A stretch of DNA of 64,000 nucleotides from Eledone cirrhosa (Eukaryota), in NCBI GenBank assembly GCA_964016885.1, contig OZ024752.1, positions 44,702,001 through 44,766,000 of the forward strand, given 5' to 3'. This document shows, piece by piece, positions 21,301 through 35,100 of the stretch. Below the pieces are notes generated by a model. The model was not told where the DNA came from, ran no database searches, and saw nothing but the letters and a program-made list of their open reading frames with translations. How positions within the stretch are numbered: the first letter of the stretch is position 1; each line of letters begins with the position of its first letter. A program made the position numbers and the translations under genes.

Positions 21301-24250
21301 TATATATATATATAAAATGGCAAAGACCCTTTTTATATTCAGCCATAAAAATTATGCCAATATGACCAAGGTGTGGTCATCTATCTTGTCTAATATCAGA
21401 GCATGACAACCCATCCAGTATGGGGAACAGTAACGGTGATGATATTCTTGGTTAGCCTGCCGAACATCCAGCTGTATCTGTTGTCTACTCAGTCTTCAAT
21501 TCCAATCAACTCCTTTTCTATATATATATATATATATATAGAGCCTGTCCATTTTCCTCTTTACAGGCGATCCATTTTAAATATCTCTGATATAAATTCT
21601 TGTCTATTGTCTTTTATTTTGTAGTTCGTGTGTACAGAGGTTACCAAAATACTTCGTTTTATATCAAAGCTGCTGTCAGTCCTTGTGGTAGATTCTTTGT
21701 CAGCGGATCAAATGATGATAATGCCTATATATGGGAGGTTTGTATACAATAGTATATATATCATCATCATCGTTTAACGTCCATCTTCCACGCTAGCAGG
21801 GGTTAGATGGTTTTGTTCCATTTGATGCGGGAATGGTCGGGAGACCATGTCTCGCTCGCATGGAAGCGTCTCTGGCAGGTTTTTTTTACAGCTGGATGCC
21901 CTTCCTAACACCAGCCACATTTACAGTGTGGACTGGGAGCCTTTTTACCATGTCTCCCACATGGCCACCTTACAGTGTGGACGGAACGGGAAAAGGAGGG
22001 TGGGGTGTACATTAAGAGGTACCTACTGACTGTATGCAATGGTAGTCTGGTTCTGTACAACTGCATGGGGCCAAAGGTCTCGATCCAGTTTCATTGTCTT
22101 AGAGAGGTGTAGGTGGGCAATATAAATGTAAATATTAAAGGGTTAACCATCTTGTCACAGCATGTAACAAATGGGTTCATAGAATAATAAAATGTGTCTT
22201 TTTTCTCTTCTAGGTTGAAGGTTCTGAATATCCCTGCATTACTTTAGCTGGTCATAGAGCAGAGGTGACTGCTGTTGCCTGGTCACAACATGATTTTGGC
22301 AAGGTTGGTGTCTCTACAGTTTCAATGTCTGTTTATATAATTATCTAGCTTCTTGTCTACCTACCTGGTATCTGATGTTCTAACAACTCTACCAATTCAC
22401 CAACTCTGGCTAACATATATCTTATAAGTTCCCTTGTTAGACACTTACTATCACATTTCTTTATATATCGCTACATAAGTTCTCTTGTTAGACACTTACT
22501 ATCACATTTCTTTATATATCGCTACATAAGTTCTCTTGTTAGACACTTACTATCACATTTCTTTATATATCTTACAGATTGCGACTCTCTCCGATGATAA
22601 TACTATGAGGATGTGGCGCTTAAGTTGCCGAACTCTTCCTGCAGATGTTTTTGAATTGAGTGGATCAGCAACAGACTATAACCATGGTAAGTGTTTAAAC
22701 TGCCTTATACTATATACCACAGTACTGCAACAGTTCATAGTTTGAGTAAATTCACCAGGTCCTTTCCTTAAAATGTGGACCCTCTTTACAAGAACATCCA
22801 ACGTTTACTTTTTAAAAATAAAAACTAACAATAACCCTTCAGCATTTAAACCAGCCAGAATTCTGGCAGCTTATACTGATGTTAAGGTATTGTTTTCAAA
22901 ATCTCATAGATACAATAGTATATATATAGAGTAATGTAAATGTTATGTGAGGTAAAGCCTTTACTGTGGAAATACAATAGTATATCTAGAGTAATGTGAA
23001 TATTTATAACTTTTACTATGTTTCTATTGCAGAAATGACTCCATCTCCTCCACCACCAACATCTACCTGTGAAAGTAGCCAAACTTTGACACCTTGCAGT
23101 GATAGTACACCACCTTTTATTGGTTTAAAAGTGAGAACTCCACCAATTAGTTCACCAACTACTTTGTCCATTAAAGACTGGCTGAAAAAGTCTGTTAGTG
23201 ATTGGAATTCTGTGAATTCTTCAGACAACAGCCAGAATGAAATAGATGGATTGATAGGGGAACAGGATAGATCTCAGGAAGAAACTTCTCCTCCGTGTAG
23301 CAATGAAAAGATGAAGAAGAAAATGAAATTTAGTGCTAAACGAAAGCTGGAGTGTTCTTATACTGCCGCAACATGTGAAAGTTCAAGTAAACAAAGAAAC
23401 ATTGGAAACAGTCCTAACTGGGAACACTCTCAACGTGAAGGAAACTCTGAGAAAAATCCCTTATCTAGTAAATGTCTGTTCCCTGATAACAAACAAACAA
23501 AAAAACCATCAGTTGATATACAAAATACACCAACAAATCCAGACATTTCTCTGTGTGAGAGGACTCAATCTGAAAACGAATTGACTGCCTCTAAAGCATT
23601 AAGTAATTCCCCCAGTTTTTCAGTAGCTTCTGTTTACAATGTTCTCAGATCTCCAGGACATCGACAGTCTAGTAAAAAAACACCAAAATTTTCCAGAAAT
23701 ATCCGGAAACCTTTACAAAAAGGATCCCCAGAGGTAAGGATTTAATTTCTTGCTAGTTTGATAATACCAATGAATATGGAGTCCACTTGAGACTGTGGGA
23801 CAGAAAAGCCAGTTTCATTATTAGCCACTAAATCTTAGTATATATATATAATGATTTAATGTCCACCTTCCCTGCTAGCAAGGCTTGGACAGGTCTATAT
23901 AAACCATCGTTTAACGTCTATCTTCCACGCTAGCATGGGAATTGTCCCACTTGAGGCAAGATTGGTCGGGTGACCATGTCTCACTCGATGCCCTTCCTTA
24001 CAGCGTGGACTGTATTTTTTTTTGTCATGACACCTACTTGACCTGATTAGTTTGGAACCAACATAACTTTATAGAGAAAGGGTGGTGTTGGCGGGAGTGG
24101 AAGGATTATATATATATATCACTATGTACTGTATTGTTTTCCTATTTGTATAATTCAAGTCTATATATGATGTTTTTCTTTTTCTATTTTCAGTCATTTC
24201 GCAACCAATCCATACTGGCCTTTATGAGTCAAAACAGATCTCACAACTAA
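15304..24250 (+). CDS. DTL: Denticleless/Cdt2, WD40 substrate receptor of the CRL4 ligase, 15 coding exons, ~654 aa
   Basis: Phase-consistent exons: 15304-15349, 16251-16339, 16532-16571, 17819-17914, 18684-18866, 19052-19117, 19506-19597, 20172-20248, 20479-20579, 20919-21023, 21625-21737, 22214-22303, 22578-22686, 23033-23733, 24194-24250 (total 1965 nt). The peptides VPPLACNFS, WTAHSNAIFDLAW, TASGDQT, FCSGSRDGQILIYDTR, QQSVTAVLFQ, KMWDLRK, QNTSFYIKA, GHRAEVTAVAW and IATLSDDNTMRMWRL match Cdt2 WD repeats as recalled from human DTL. An S/T-P-rich disordered tail follows. Confidence 0.94.
16620..17578. repeat. 41-bp minisatellite (~23 copies) in DTL intron 3
   Basis: Unit ctgtggtggtggtcaccccttcctccagaccctggctatat, with near-identical copies. 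Confidence 0.95.
18368..18601 (+). mobile_element. tRNA-derived SINE with a duplicated 5' head
   Basis: ggattggcagtatc.gtagagggtcggacgccatgct occurs twice (at ~18371 and ~18416), followed by the full body. Confidence 0.8.
19713..20132. repeat. 34-bp minisatellite (~12 identical copies) in DTL intron 7
   Basis: Unit atgtatcttatatctagatatcatatcacagcta. Confidence 0.95.
22424..22577. repeat. 51-bp tandem triplication ending at the DTL exon 13 acceptor
   Basis: Copies start at 22424, 22475 and 22526. Confidence 0.85.
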
Positions 24251-26834
24251 CACAGATGAAAACCACCTTATATTCCATTCATCATCTCACTGCAAAAGGA
24301 AAGTTTCTCTCTCATATCTACCACATTAACCTTATGTGAGGATTATAGAAGAAATCTCAGTACCTGAAGAATACATCTTGCTTTGACCTTGTTTCAAAGG
24401 TCCCTATAACATTTTACTCTATATTTACTATTGTATTTTTCTTGGTAAACACTTTACTTCACATAATGTTGATAAGAATACCTTAACATCAGTTTGAGGT
24501 GAGAGAATTCTGGCCGGATGTGACTGGTTCAAATAACTTTACCTTATTTCACACCCATTATTACTTCCTGGGTAAGAAGCACAGTGAGCGAGAGTTCCAT
24601 CTGCAATTTGTGTATATAATAAAGTGGGACATGTATTTGATACCCATGTGCAAAGCAGGGCATATTTTTTTTTTTTTAGATTGTATATTTTTATATTAAA
24701 GTTGGCAGGAAGAGATTTTTATTTTATTTTTTACTATTTATGTGTACAAGTTTCCACACTAACATGGGTTAGACACGCAAATATATCTGTCAATTTGTAC
24801 CTAATCAGGGAAAAACAACAGGCTACTGTTATCCCATGGACATTATTCGACTTTGCCTTTCATCCTTACGGGGTCGATAAAATAAAGTACCAGTAATGCA
24901 CTGGGTATTTGCTGGCCTTGTGCCTAAAGTAGAAACAATTATTAATTTGTGTAATTTAAAGATGATTGTCACTTCAGTTTCAAAGATATGACATCACATC
25001 TCATATAATATCAAACAATACCATAATATCAGTATGAGTGGCCGGTTACAGCCAGTTTGAACAGAAAGAGGTGAGAGAATTCTGGTCAGATAAGAAGATT
25101 TTGACCAATTCACTAATTACCCAAATGTTTCTACTTCAAGGTCACTTGGTATTTACCAATATTTTACATTAAAAAGAATTCCATATTTACAAACATACAC
25201 AATACAATTACCAAATGCCCCTCACCCCTACATTCGGGACCCAAGAATAGACCATAAAACTGCTTGACTGGTTTGATTTTTTTCCATACAGGCGATGTTC
25301 ATTCCATTTTCTAAAGAAAGAAACACATGTATGTTTCTTTATATATCTAACATCTCTGTCTGATAACAATCCATAAACCTTTGGTAATGGAGTAGTTATA
25401 TTTTGTGTTGTTCACTTTCTAATTAAATATATATATAGAGGGGGTGTTAACATTTTAAAGAAAATATACGAAATGAAATGTTTGTCAAATCTGTAAACTC
25501 ATTTTACAGAGAATTTATGGACACAAAATATCTTTTTTTCCTTAATGATTGCGTCAACTGATAGCTTACAAAAATTGTGACTTGGTTTCTTATTGCTGTA
25601 TATTCAACTATTGTTTTAGTTAAATCAAGAACATGAATGGATGATTAAATATTCGATTGATATTTTTTAGTCATGAGTATAATAAAGATTTTAATCACAA
25701 ATAATTCTATTTTGTTGGATTTGATTTATGTGACGCATGGAAGAAAGTTGAGCTAACCAAAATCTTTCTTGTATTTTGAATTGTCCATTCTAACCCTAAC
25801 TCCGTCTCTCTCGAAGAATGTACAAAGATGTCATACTCAACCACAGATAGAGATGTCCAACTTTATTTTGAAAACTTTTGCTTATAAAAATATTTTTGTT
25901 TGTTTTTGACAAGCAATACATTCATACAGACGTCTGGAAATTTCGCCAGTTATCACATTGACAAAATTTCCAGTAGAAATTAGTCATTTTTTACGACAAT
26001 CACTACAGAGCACATAACATTCGTTGTATTGCTTAATCCAACAGTCTAAAATCAGGATATCAGTGAAAGTTTGCCAATCAAATACTTTTGTAAATTATTG
26101 AATGTCATAACAGAGGGAAAATATATCATGGTTGGACGGTTCTTTCTCAGCACAGCATCTTTCTGCCAGTCTTAGTGAGTTAAGGCCCGATATATATATA
26201 CACACTTTTAATAGAATACTATTGAAGTGTGTATACATTTTTAGGGACACTTTGTATATGTATATTAAGCGACTACTCTCGATAAATGGTTCAACGAATG
26301 GAAACAGGCAGTAACGTTTATCAGAATATTTCACTTTGATAAACATTAATCTCTTAATTTCTAAAGTGATAGAAATCAATATATATGATATTTCCAATAA
26401 AATTTAAAGCTGAATATCACGAGGAGCTGATATATATCAAGCGAGTTTGAAAATAGAAGCTTCCACCATACATTTGACTAAAGAAATCTTTAGCCTGATA
26501 GTGGGGTTTAGAATCCAGTAAGAAATGGAAAAAGATGAGTATTGACGTACATGGGAGTTGAACCCACATCCTTCCTTATCCAGACCACTGTGCAACCATT
26601 ACATCACCCATCTCTTTCCATTCAAATTAGAAGCTATATATACACAATGAGTTTTTGCCCATTTCTCAGACATAAAACGGGAGGATTATATACAAATATA
26701 TACGGTATGTAACTCAAATGCTGGCACTCAATATGTACAAGTGATCTGTGTCTTATCTATGAGGGAATAGTTTTCAAGTAAAATGTTATAAAATATATAG
26801 TTTTAACTAAAAAATCAAAACTACTTATCAATAT

Positions 26835-29800
26835 TCATTCAGTTTGGCAGTCTAGTTTTAAGTTTAAACAACTGATGTTCTCTTTCAAGGATATTTTTAT
26901 TCCTCTGAAAAACAAAAAAGAAAGTACAAGCTTTAAAACGTGTAAAATATATTTCAGATATAAAATTATTAGGTTAATTTTAGTGTGTGTTCACTACATG
27001 CATCATCATCACTGTTTAACGTCCATTTTCCATGCTAGCATGGGTTAGACGAGTTGTGAGACAAGTCAGATCAGGTGTCCATGTCTTGTTCATGCAGAAC
27101 TGTTTCTAGCTTGGTTTCTACAGCAGGATGTCCTTCCTAACGACCACCATATTTACAGTGAGGAGGCTTTTAAAAACATACTTTTTATAGTCTAGAACAG
27201 TTACAGAATACTAAACACCTGCAATACCTTTATTACAATCACAGTCTAAATATATTTTTATACAAGTATGGAACATAACATAGAATAAAACAGAAGCAAG
27301 CACTAACAAACTACCTGCATCGGTTGTTGTCAGGACACTGCATCCATCAAAACCTCCATGCTTCCTGAAATTCGCCAACATTACACTTGATATTCCGCCT
27401 CCATATGCACGTATCTGTGTGTACATCATGACTCATACACTGTTCACTTTCCTGATATTTGTACATTATTCTATCTACTATGGTCTGAATTCAAATCCCG
27501 CCAAGGTTAACTTTGCCTTTCATCCTTACGGGGTTGATAAAATAAAGTACCAGTAATACACTGGGTTATTGCTGGCCTTGTGCCCAAAGTAGAAACAATT
27601 ATTCTATCTACTATACATGCACCTTTGATGAGTTGTAGTGCACCTGAGCACTGTACACAATAATTTCATTATATATATTGAATAGCTTCAAATTTATATT
27701 GAAACATTCTCAAGTAAAATGAAAGAAATATAGATGCTAATGGCTGTATTTTATTACATATTCATCTTTCAGAGACAGAGTGTAAAAAAAGCTATAACTC
27801 ACATGTCATCTTCACTATCAAGTGTTGTGTCGGAAGGAAAAAAGTCAGCTTGCTTGATTGATAACCAAACATTTTTCAGTTCTGATTTGAAGCATTTTGA
27901 ATCTGTGTTAAAAAGCAAAAAGTTAAAATTTACAGCTCCAGTAAAATGTGTGAACAAAGGAGAGTCAACATTTAGATTGGTGAGACTGATGTGGTTGGTG
28001 TTTATTTTAACATCTGTAAATCAACAGCTGCAAGAATAGCATGGCTAGGGAGGGAATTCCACAGTGTTGATGTACAGGGGAAGAAGGATTGGAGAAAGTA
28101 GTTATTACAAGACATGAAGGTGAAAGGAGAGATATATAATATAGGTGATGAGTAAAAAAAAGACAGGTGTGTGATGGTGATATACAATTCACTAATTCTT
28201 AGGAGCAGAGACTGTAGCAGTAATGGTAGAAAAGGCAACGAATCTGTAGACTTCAGGTTGATACATATTGAACGGTGACTTTCTAAATTGTTATAACAAT
28301 TCTAAGAATCATATATTAACCCTTTAGTGATTACATTACTCTATATATAAACTATTGTATTTTTGTGGTTAGTTACGGCTGGTTTGACTAGAAAGAGGTG
28401 AGAGAATTCTGGCCGGAAATGGCTGGTTTAAATGCTAAAGGGTTAATATAGAAGGTACGACAAGATAAGAATAGAAATGTCTAATAATACATACGGTAAT
28501 TTAAAGTGTTAAGCATATATAAAAGACTGTGAAATTGGTGGTAATTCTTTAATGTATCTCCTTCTGATTTCGTGTATATATCAAGTTCTTTAAAAAAACA
28601 CCTATAAGTAAAAAATATATCAATATATTAATAGAATGCCAGGTAAATGGAACTATGTCTACAAGTTGACCACAAAAGTTGCTATTAACAATGTAATGTC
28701 TTCTTTGCCTACTAATTCATGAGAGGGTTGTAGAGGGCAGAGTCCTCAAACACTCCTTCTAGTGGGTCCTGTCAGAAGCAACCATCTCCAACTGATCTGG
28801 CTGGATCCTCAAGCAAGACCACCCAAACTCATGGATGTTATCCAACCATCTTTCTTGGAGTCTACCCCTGGGTCTCCTGCTGGTTGGTTTTTTCCTCTAA
28901 AATCTGTCCAGTGATTCTTTCCTGAGACATTCTAACCACATGTCCATAGCATCAGAGCTGTAATCTCTCAATTCAGAGAAGTAATGGCTTTACCTGGAGT
29001 AACTCTCTGGTCTCCGAGTTACGTACTCTATCGAGTAATGTTAGTCTAAAAATCCTTCAGAAAAACCCACAATGCAATGCTATCCTCATAATTTCCTAAT
29101 CTCTTTGCCTGTGTTAATCTCTAACAACTAAAATGTTATGCTCTGATTCTGAAATAAGACAAGAAACTGCTGAGAAATGATCCTCAGATGAATTATGATC
29201 GAGTCATTGCATATGAAACTATTTTATTGGTTGTTATACGCTTTATAGGCTTCGGTGGAAGATATTGTTTGAAACCAAGTTGTCCAGTGAAAGCAACCAT
29301 CAACCGATGTTTCAGTGTGGATTGTACTATGACCTCAAGTCTCCATGTATCCTTTCAATAAATGGCCAAACATGGACAAGTTTGTCATGGTCAGGGTGGC
29401 CATGAGCTGGATTCATGGGTGACATCTGACTTATAGAAATACTGGTTCAATTTGTTCAGTCTGATCCTTATAATCAATACCCCAATTGATTTTTATATTC
29501 TTTCAATTCAAGATCTCTCTGTGATAAAGAAAATTGTAACTTAGAAGAATTTGTATGACATTATTATAAAATGAGAAAGAGGAACCAAAAGAATGACATA
29601 CCTTATTAAAAAAGGTTTTTCAAAAGTAATACTCAGTAGCCATAATGATACAGGCTTTAGATCCTTGAAATTCGAAGGTAGTTCATCGATGTTGCTCTGC
29701 AGACAAGAATACTGTACGATTTAGTAGAAGGATGAGCACTATTTGAATTACATAACTGATTTGATAATAACATTCTCACACCCAAACTGCTTAAACAAGA

Positions 29801-32074
29801 CAAAATAACACATTTTAAACTAAAACCACCCAACTTTATTATGTTACAAATATTATGTTAATAATAAAACAATACTAAACAGCAGACATTTTAGTTGTTT
29901 TTCAGTTAAAACTAAAAATTGATTCTGGACAAACAACAGACAATATTGGAAATAAAAATATGAAATGGAAAGAGAGATTATTTAAAAAAAAACAAAAAAA
30001 AAAAAACAACAGTTTTTGGTGGAATAAACTCCAAACTATACAAGAATATTATCTTACCTGTTCACTAGCGAGAGAAAGTTCTGAAAATATTGCACTTAAA
30101 ATAGTTTGAAAGTAGCAATTTAACATTGACTTTTTGTGAAGAGAAAATCCATAGATTGCTGATAGGAAATTGGACATGTGTAACTTTGAAGCTTTCAAAA
30201 TCTGTTAAAAACATTGAACAGGAGTTAACATGAGCTAAATAATATTTTATTTATTTATTCTAATTTTTTTTTGACATTGTAGCAAATGAGTTTTCTATGA
30301 GGGCAGTACGAAGTATACATCCAGTGAAGCACACAGTCCACACTGTAAAGTGGTTGTGATGGTGACATGACAGAAAGTACCCAGTCCACACTGTAAAGTG
30401 GTTGTGATGGTGACATGACAGAAAGCACCCAGTCCACACTGTAAAGTGGTCGTGATGGTGACACAACAGAAAGCACCCAGTCCACACTGTAAAGTGGTCG
30501 TGATGGTGACATGACAGAAAGCACCCAGTCCACACTGTAAAGTGGTCGTGATGGTGACACAACAGAAAGCACCCAGTCCACACTGTAAAGTGGTCGTGAT
30601 GGTGACATGACAAAAAGTACCCAGTACTCACTGTAAAGTGGTCGTGATGGTGACACGACAAAAAGTACCCAGTCCACACTGTAAAGTGGTTGTGATGGTG
30701 ACATGACAGAAAGCACCCAGTCCACACTGTAAAGTGGTCATGATGGTGACATGACAGAAAGCACCCAGTCCACAATGTAAAGTGGTCGTGATGGTGACAC
30801 GACAGAAATCACCCAGTACTCACTGTAAAGTGGTCGTGATGGTGACACGACAAAAAGTACCCAGTACTCACTGTAAAGTGGTCGTGATGGTGACACGACA
30901 AAAAGTACCCAGTACTCACTGTAAAGTGGTCGTGATGGTGACATGACAAAAAGTACCCAGTACTCACTGTAAAGTGGTTGTGATGGTGACACGACAAAAA
31001 GTACCCAGTACTCACTGTAAAGTGGTCGTGTAGGTGACACGGCAAAAACACACTTTCCACAGAGTAAAGTGGTCGTGTAGGTGACACAACAAAAAGGACC
31101 CAGTCTACACTGTAAATGTTGTTGGTGTTCGGAAGGACATCCAGCTGTAGAAACCAAACCAGAATTAGTTCTGTATAAGCAAGACATGGTCACCTGACCT
31201 AGCATTGACCACAACAGGACAACTCGTCTAACCTATGCCATCATGGAAAAACTGACGTTAAATGGTGACGGATGATGTATAGACAGTGTTGTGTTATTTT
31301 ATGCCACCTTATAACAGTATATCTGTACACACACAAACAAAAGTCAAAAATAATTCTAAAAACATATTAAAATTCTACTTACCAACATTAGTGAGTGTGT
31401 ATTAGAACTAGTTACAGCCAAATTCACAACAGAATCTAACAACAACTTGATAGTATTATGTACTGCCTGTTGAATTTCATCATCGGTGGAACAGTTGTTA
31501 GATATAATTTGAATCAAACATTTCATTATGATAGGAAGCAGTTTCAAAGTATGTTCTGAAGAATTAAAAAAGAAAATACAACCAAAATATATTATCTTTA
31601 AATAAAACTGTAATTGTTGGAAAAGAAATCAAGTTTGCTAACAACAAATCTAGACATTCCACTCTACAGCTATGATATTTAATTCTATGAAGCAAGATTA
31701 ACTTTAACCCTTTAGCATTCAAACTGGCATATCTGGCCAGAATTCTTTCACCTCTTTCTGTTCAAACCAGGCCACTCATACTGATGTTAAGGTAATGTTT
31801 TCAAAATAAATAATATCAAAATCTCATAGATTTGATATTATGTGAGGTAAAGCCTTTACCGTGAAAATACAATAGTATATATAGAGTAATGTAAATACTA
31901 AAGGGTTAAAGGTGCAACATGGAAGGGCTGCAGGAGATCAATGAAGGTTCTACCTTATTCAATGATTTTAATATTTATGCTCTTCAATAGAATGTGAACT
32001 GGTTTAAAATAATATATCACTTGGCCAGTAACATTAGTTAGCAGCTATTTGAAACATATATAAATAATGGAATT

Positions 32075-32131
<57 letters not shown>

Positions 32132-35100
32132 CAGACCATTAGTAAAACAGCCATGGAACAGTTCTTTAAGATGACTATATTGAGAATTATTCATTTTAAA
32201 CATCAGTAAATATGTGTGGGTCAAGGTAAAAAGATGCTGAAAAAACAAACAAAGGGAGATTAATTTGAGTTTGAAATAGAAGGAATATAATCCATTATTA
32301 TCTTCATTGAGGTCATTTCCATCAAAATATATATTGTACAGGCCAGAAGCACCCAGTACACTCTGTAAAGTGGTCGTGTAGGTGTCATGACAAAAAGCCC
32401 CCAGTCCACATTGTAAAGTGGTCATGTTGATGTCAACAAAAAGCACCCAGTCCACTCTGTAAAGGAGTTATGAGATCTTTATTCTTATCCTTATTAAAAA
32501 CAACTAAAATGCAATTCCTTACCTCCAGTAAATTACAAGAGAGTGTAATAGTATTAGTCCTGTCATTTGAACAATGTCTTTTTCTGGAAGGTTCCAAACT
32601 GGAATTTTCATTATGGAAAACAAGTAGAATATTTTGTGCCCAGATATAAAACTGTTTCATTGTTTTCTCCAAACAGACAATAGTTTCTTCATCTTCTTGA
32701 TAGAGAACCTAAAAATAAAATTTAACAGGTATTATTTCAACCATTTGTTTTGGTATATAGGACAGAATTTAAAACTAAAAAAAAACAAACAATTTTAATC
32801 ATCCCAGAACAAGGATCATTTTAACCCTTCAGCATTTACATTACTCCATATTTACTTGGGGCGGTGGATTGGCGGTATCGGTAGAGTCGGACGCCATTCT
32901 TTATAGCATAGAGTTATGGTCCTTTACGGTCTGAGTTCAAATCCCACCTTTCACCCTTACAAGGTCGATAAAATAAAGTACCAGTAATGAACTGGGTTGA
33001 TTTAATCGATTTCCCCCTCCCCCCCAAATTACTGGCCTTGTGCCTATACTAGAAATCATTGCTCTATATTTACTTTATATTTTCACAGTAAAGGCTTTAC
33101 GTCATATTTCACATAATATTGAATGTTGAACATATCAACCACTAGTTGATCTCTGGCAATGAGCTAATGTAGAGAACTACATTGTTTCTGTTGGACATAT
33201 CCAATAAAGATAATTACCCCAACATAAAGCAGCAGATTTATTCGAATATAAAGACAATAGGCATCTTGCAGGAAGGTATCATCTGTATTTTGACTCATTT
33301 TCAAGCCAACAGTCAAGCGCTGTTCCAATAAATTCTGGAAATGAAATAAATATAAATTTGATTAAAAATACTTTCAGTAAAAATTTAAATTTTGTAAATA
33401 TTGCAGATAAATTCTAACAGTCTCTATACCAAAATTGATCGGTTAATAGATAAAAAAAAAATCTATTATAAATGAATTAAAGTATATTTAACAGAGGAAA
33501 AGATGTAGAAGTATATTTTGTTAAGTATATATACGTCTAACCCATGCAAGCGTGGAAGATAGACGTTAAACGATGATGATGATGATGTTGATGATATACA
33601 TTAATTGAATTACTTACCACTACAAATTTGAGCTGGTCCAAAATATCAATAATTTTTGACTGGTATTTATCGAAGAGAAGAGAACGACAATTTGGCTGTT
33701 CAATAATAAATAACAAGAACTTCAAAGCTAGCGTTGGTTTCGGAATAATTTCTTCTCGAAATCGGACTCGATTTTTTCTAGATTGCTGAAGGTAAAAAGA
33801 AAGAAAACAAAACGAAAACCATCAAATAAAATACACATTGCAAAATTTTCTCAAAATAAATAAATATGTAGCTGGTCATAAGAAACAGTTCTATCTCAAC
33901 ACTGCTTGTATGTAGTTAGTCATAACAAACAGCTGTATTACTATTTCAAGAACCACATCTACCTAAATTCTACTTATATGTAGTTGGTCATAACAAACAG
34001 CTCTATCAATCTAAACACTACCTATATGTAGTTGGTCATAACAAACAGCTCTATCAATCTAAACACTACTTATATGTAGTTGGTCATAACAAACAGTTCC
34101 ATTACTATTTCAAGAACCACATCTATCTAAATACTTACATGTAGTTGGTTGCTAGTTGTATTTTACTATTTGTTAGTGTTATTCTATTAACTAGTACTCA
34201 ATAAATATCCAGCTAAATCCTATCTAAAGAAGTAGATATGTCTCATATTATCTTCAGCAGTAACTTTTAACACTCATATAATATACGAGAGACATTTATT
34301 TACTCTATTATAGTAGAGACAAAGAGAGGAGGGTTTATAAAAGACTGGAATTTTTTATGTGATGCAGTCAGTGGTGTTGTCTAATTTTCAAAAATGTCTC
34401 GTTAATGTAGTTTGGTGTGGTACAGGATGTTAAGAGTTAAACAATTAATTAAAGCTTACTTTAGAAATTAAGGAACGATTTAATTCTGTGTTCATGCCAT
34501 CTGCCAACCACTCCTGAATTAGATCAAGTAAACCATTCATATGACCCCACGAACAGGATGTCTGTATTAGTGCTGAGAAGTCTTCCTTTTCAGACTCTTT
34601 ATCATTTAGTTTCTTGAGTTTAGAGAGACACTGGTGGCTGCACGAAACCAATAAAAATAATCGATTTTAATTAGGAAAACAGGATTTGAACAGAATATCG
34701 GAGAAAGGAAAAGCAATTTGAAAAGTTTATTTCATACAAAAATAAAATACTTTTAAAAATGAAAAGCAGATTTTATATTTAAAAAAAAAATGAAAATGAT
34801 TGTGTAGTGCTCAGGTGCAATGACGACTGTATAAATTAATTAAGAGACAAAATAGCGTAAATAATTGACAATAATTAAGTTACCTGAAATATGGTACTAA
34901 TTTAGGAGGCAGTTTCCCTGCAATTATAATTAATGTTGACACCAGCTGAGGATCCTACAAAATAAAAAATATATATATATATATATGAGATTTTGAGAAC
35001 AATACCTTAATGTCAGTATGAGCGGCCAGTTATAGCCGGTTTAAACAGAAATATAAGATTGCACCCCAGTCTTATGTGCACTTCTGGTATCTTATGCCAT

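Noticed and set aside
26545-26612. tRNA-like sequence on the minus strand (also the SINE heads at 35310, 54511 and 56853)
   Set aside because: A/B-box-like motifs without a complete cloverleaf; better explained as SINE heads than tRNA genes.
30255-31214. His/Cys-rich repeat ORFs and a CRISPR-like look (also 41141-41950, 35558-35974, 19713-20132)
   Set aside because: These are head-to-tail tandem units with no unique spacers and no cas genes, in a eukaryotic intron.
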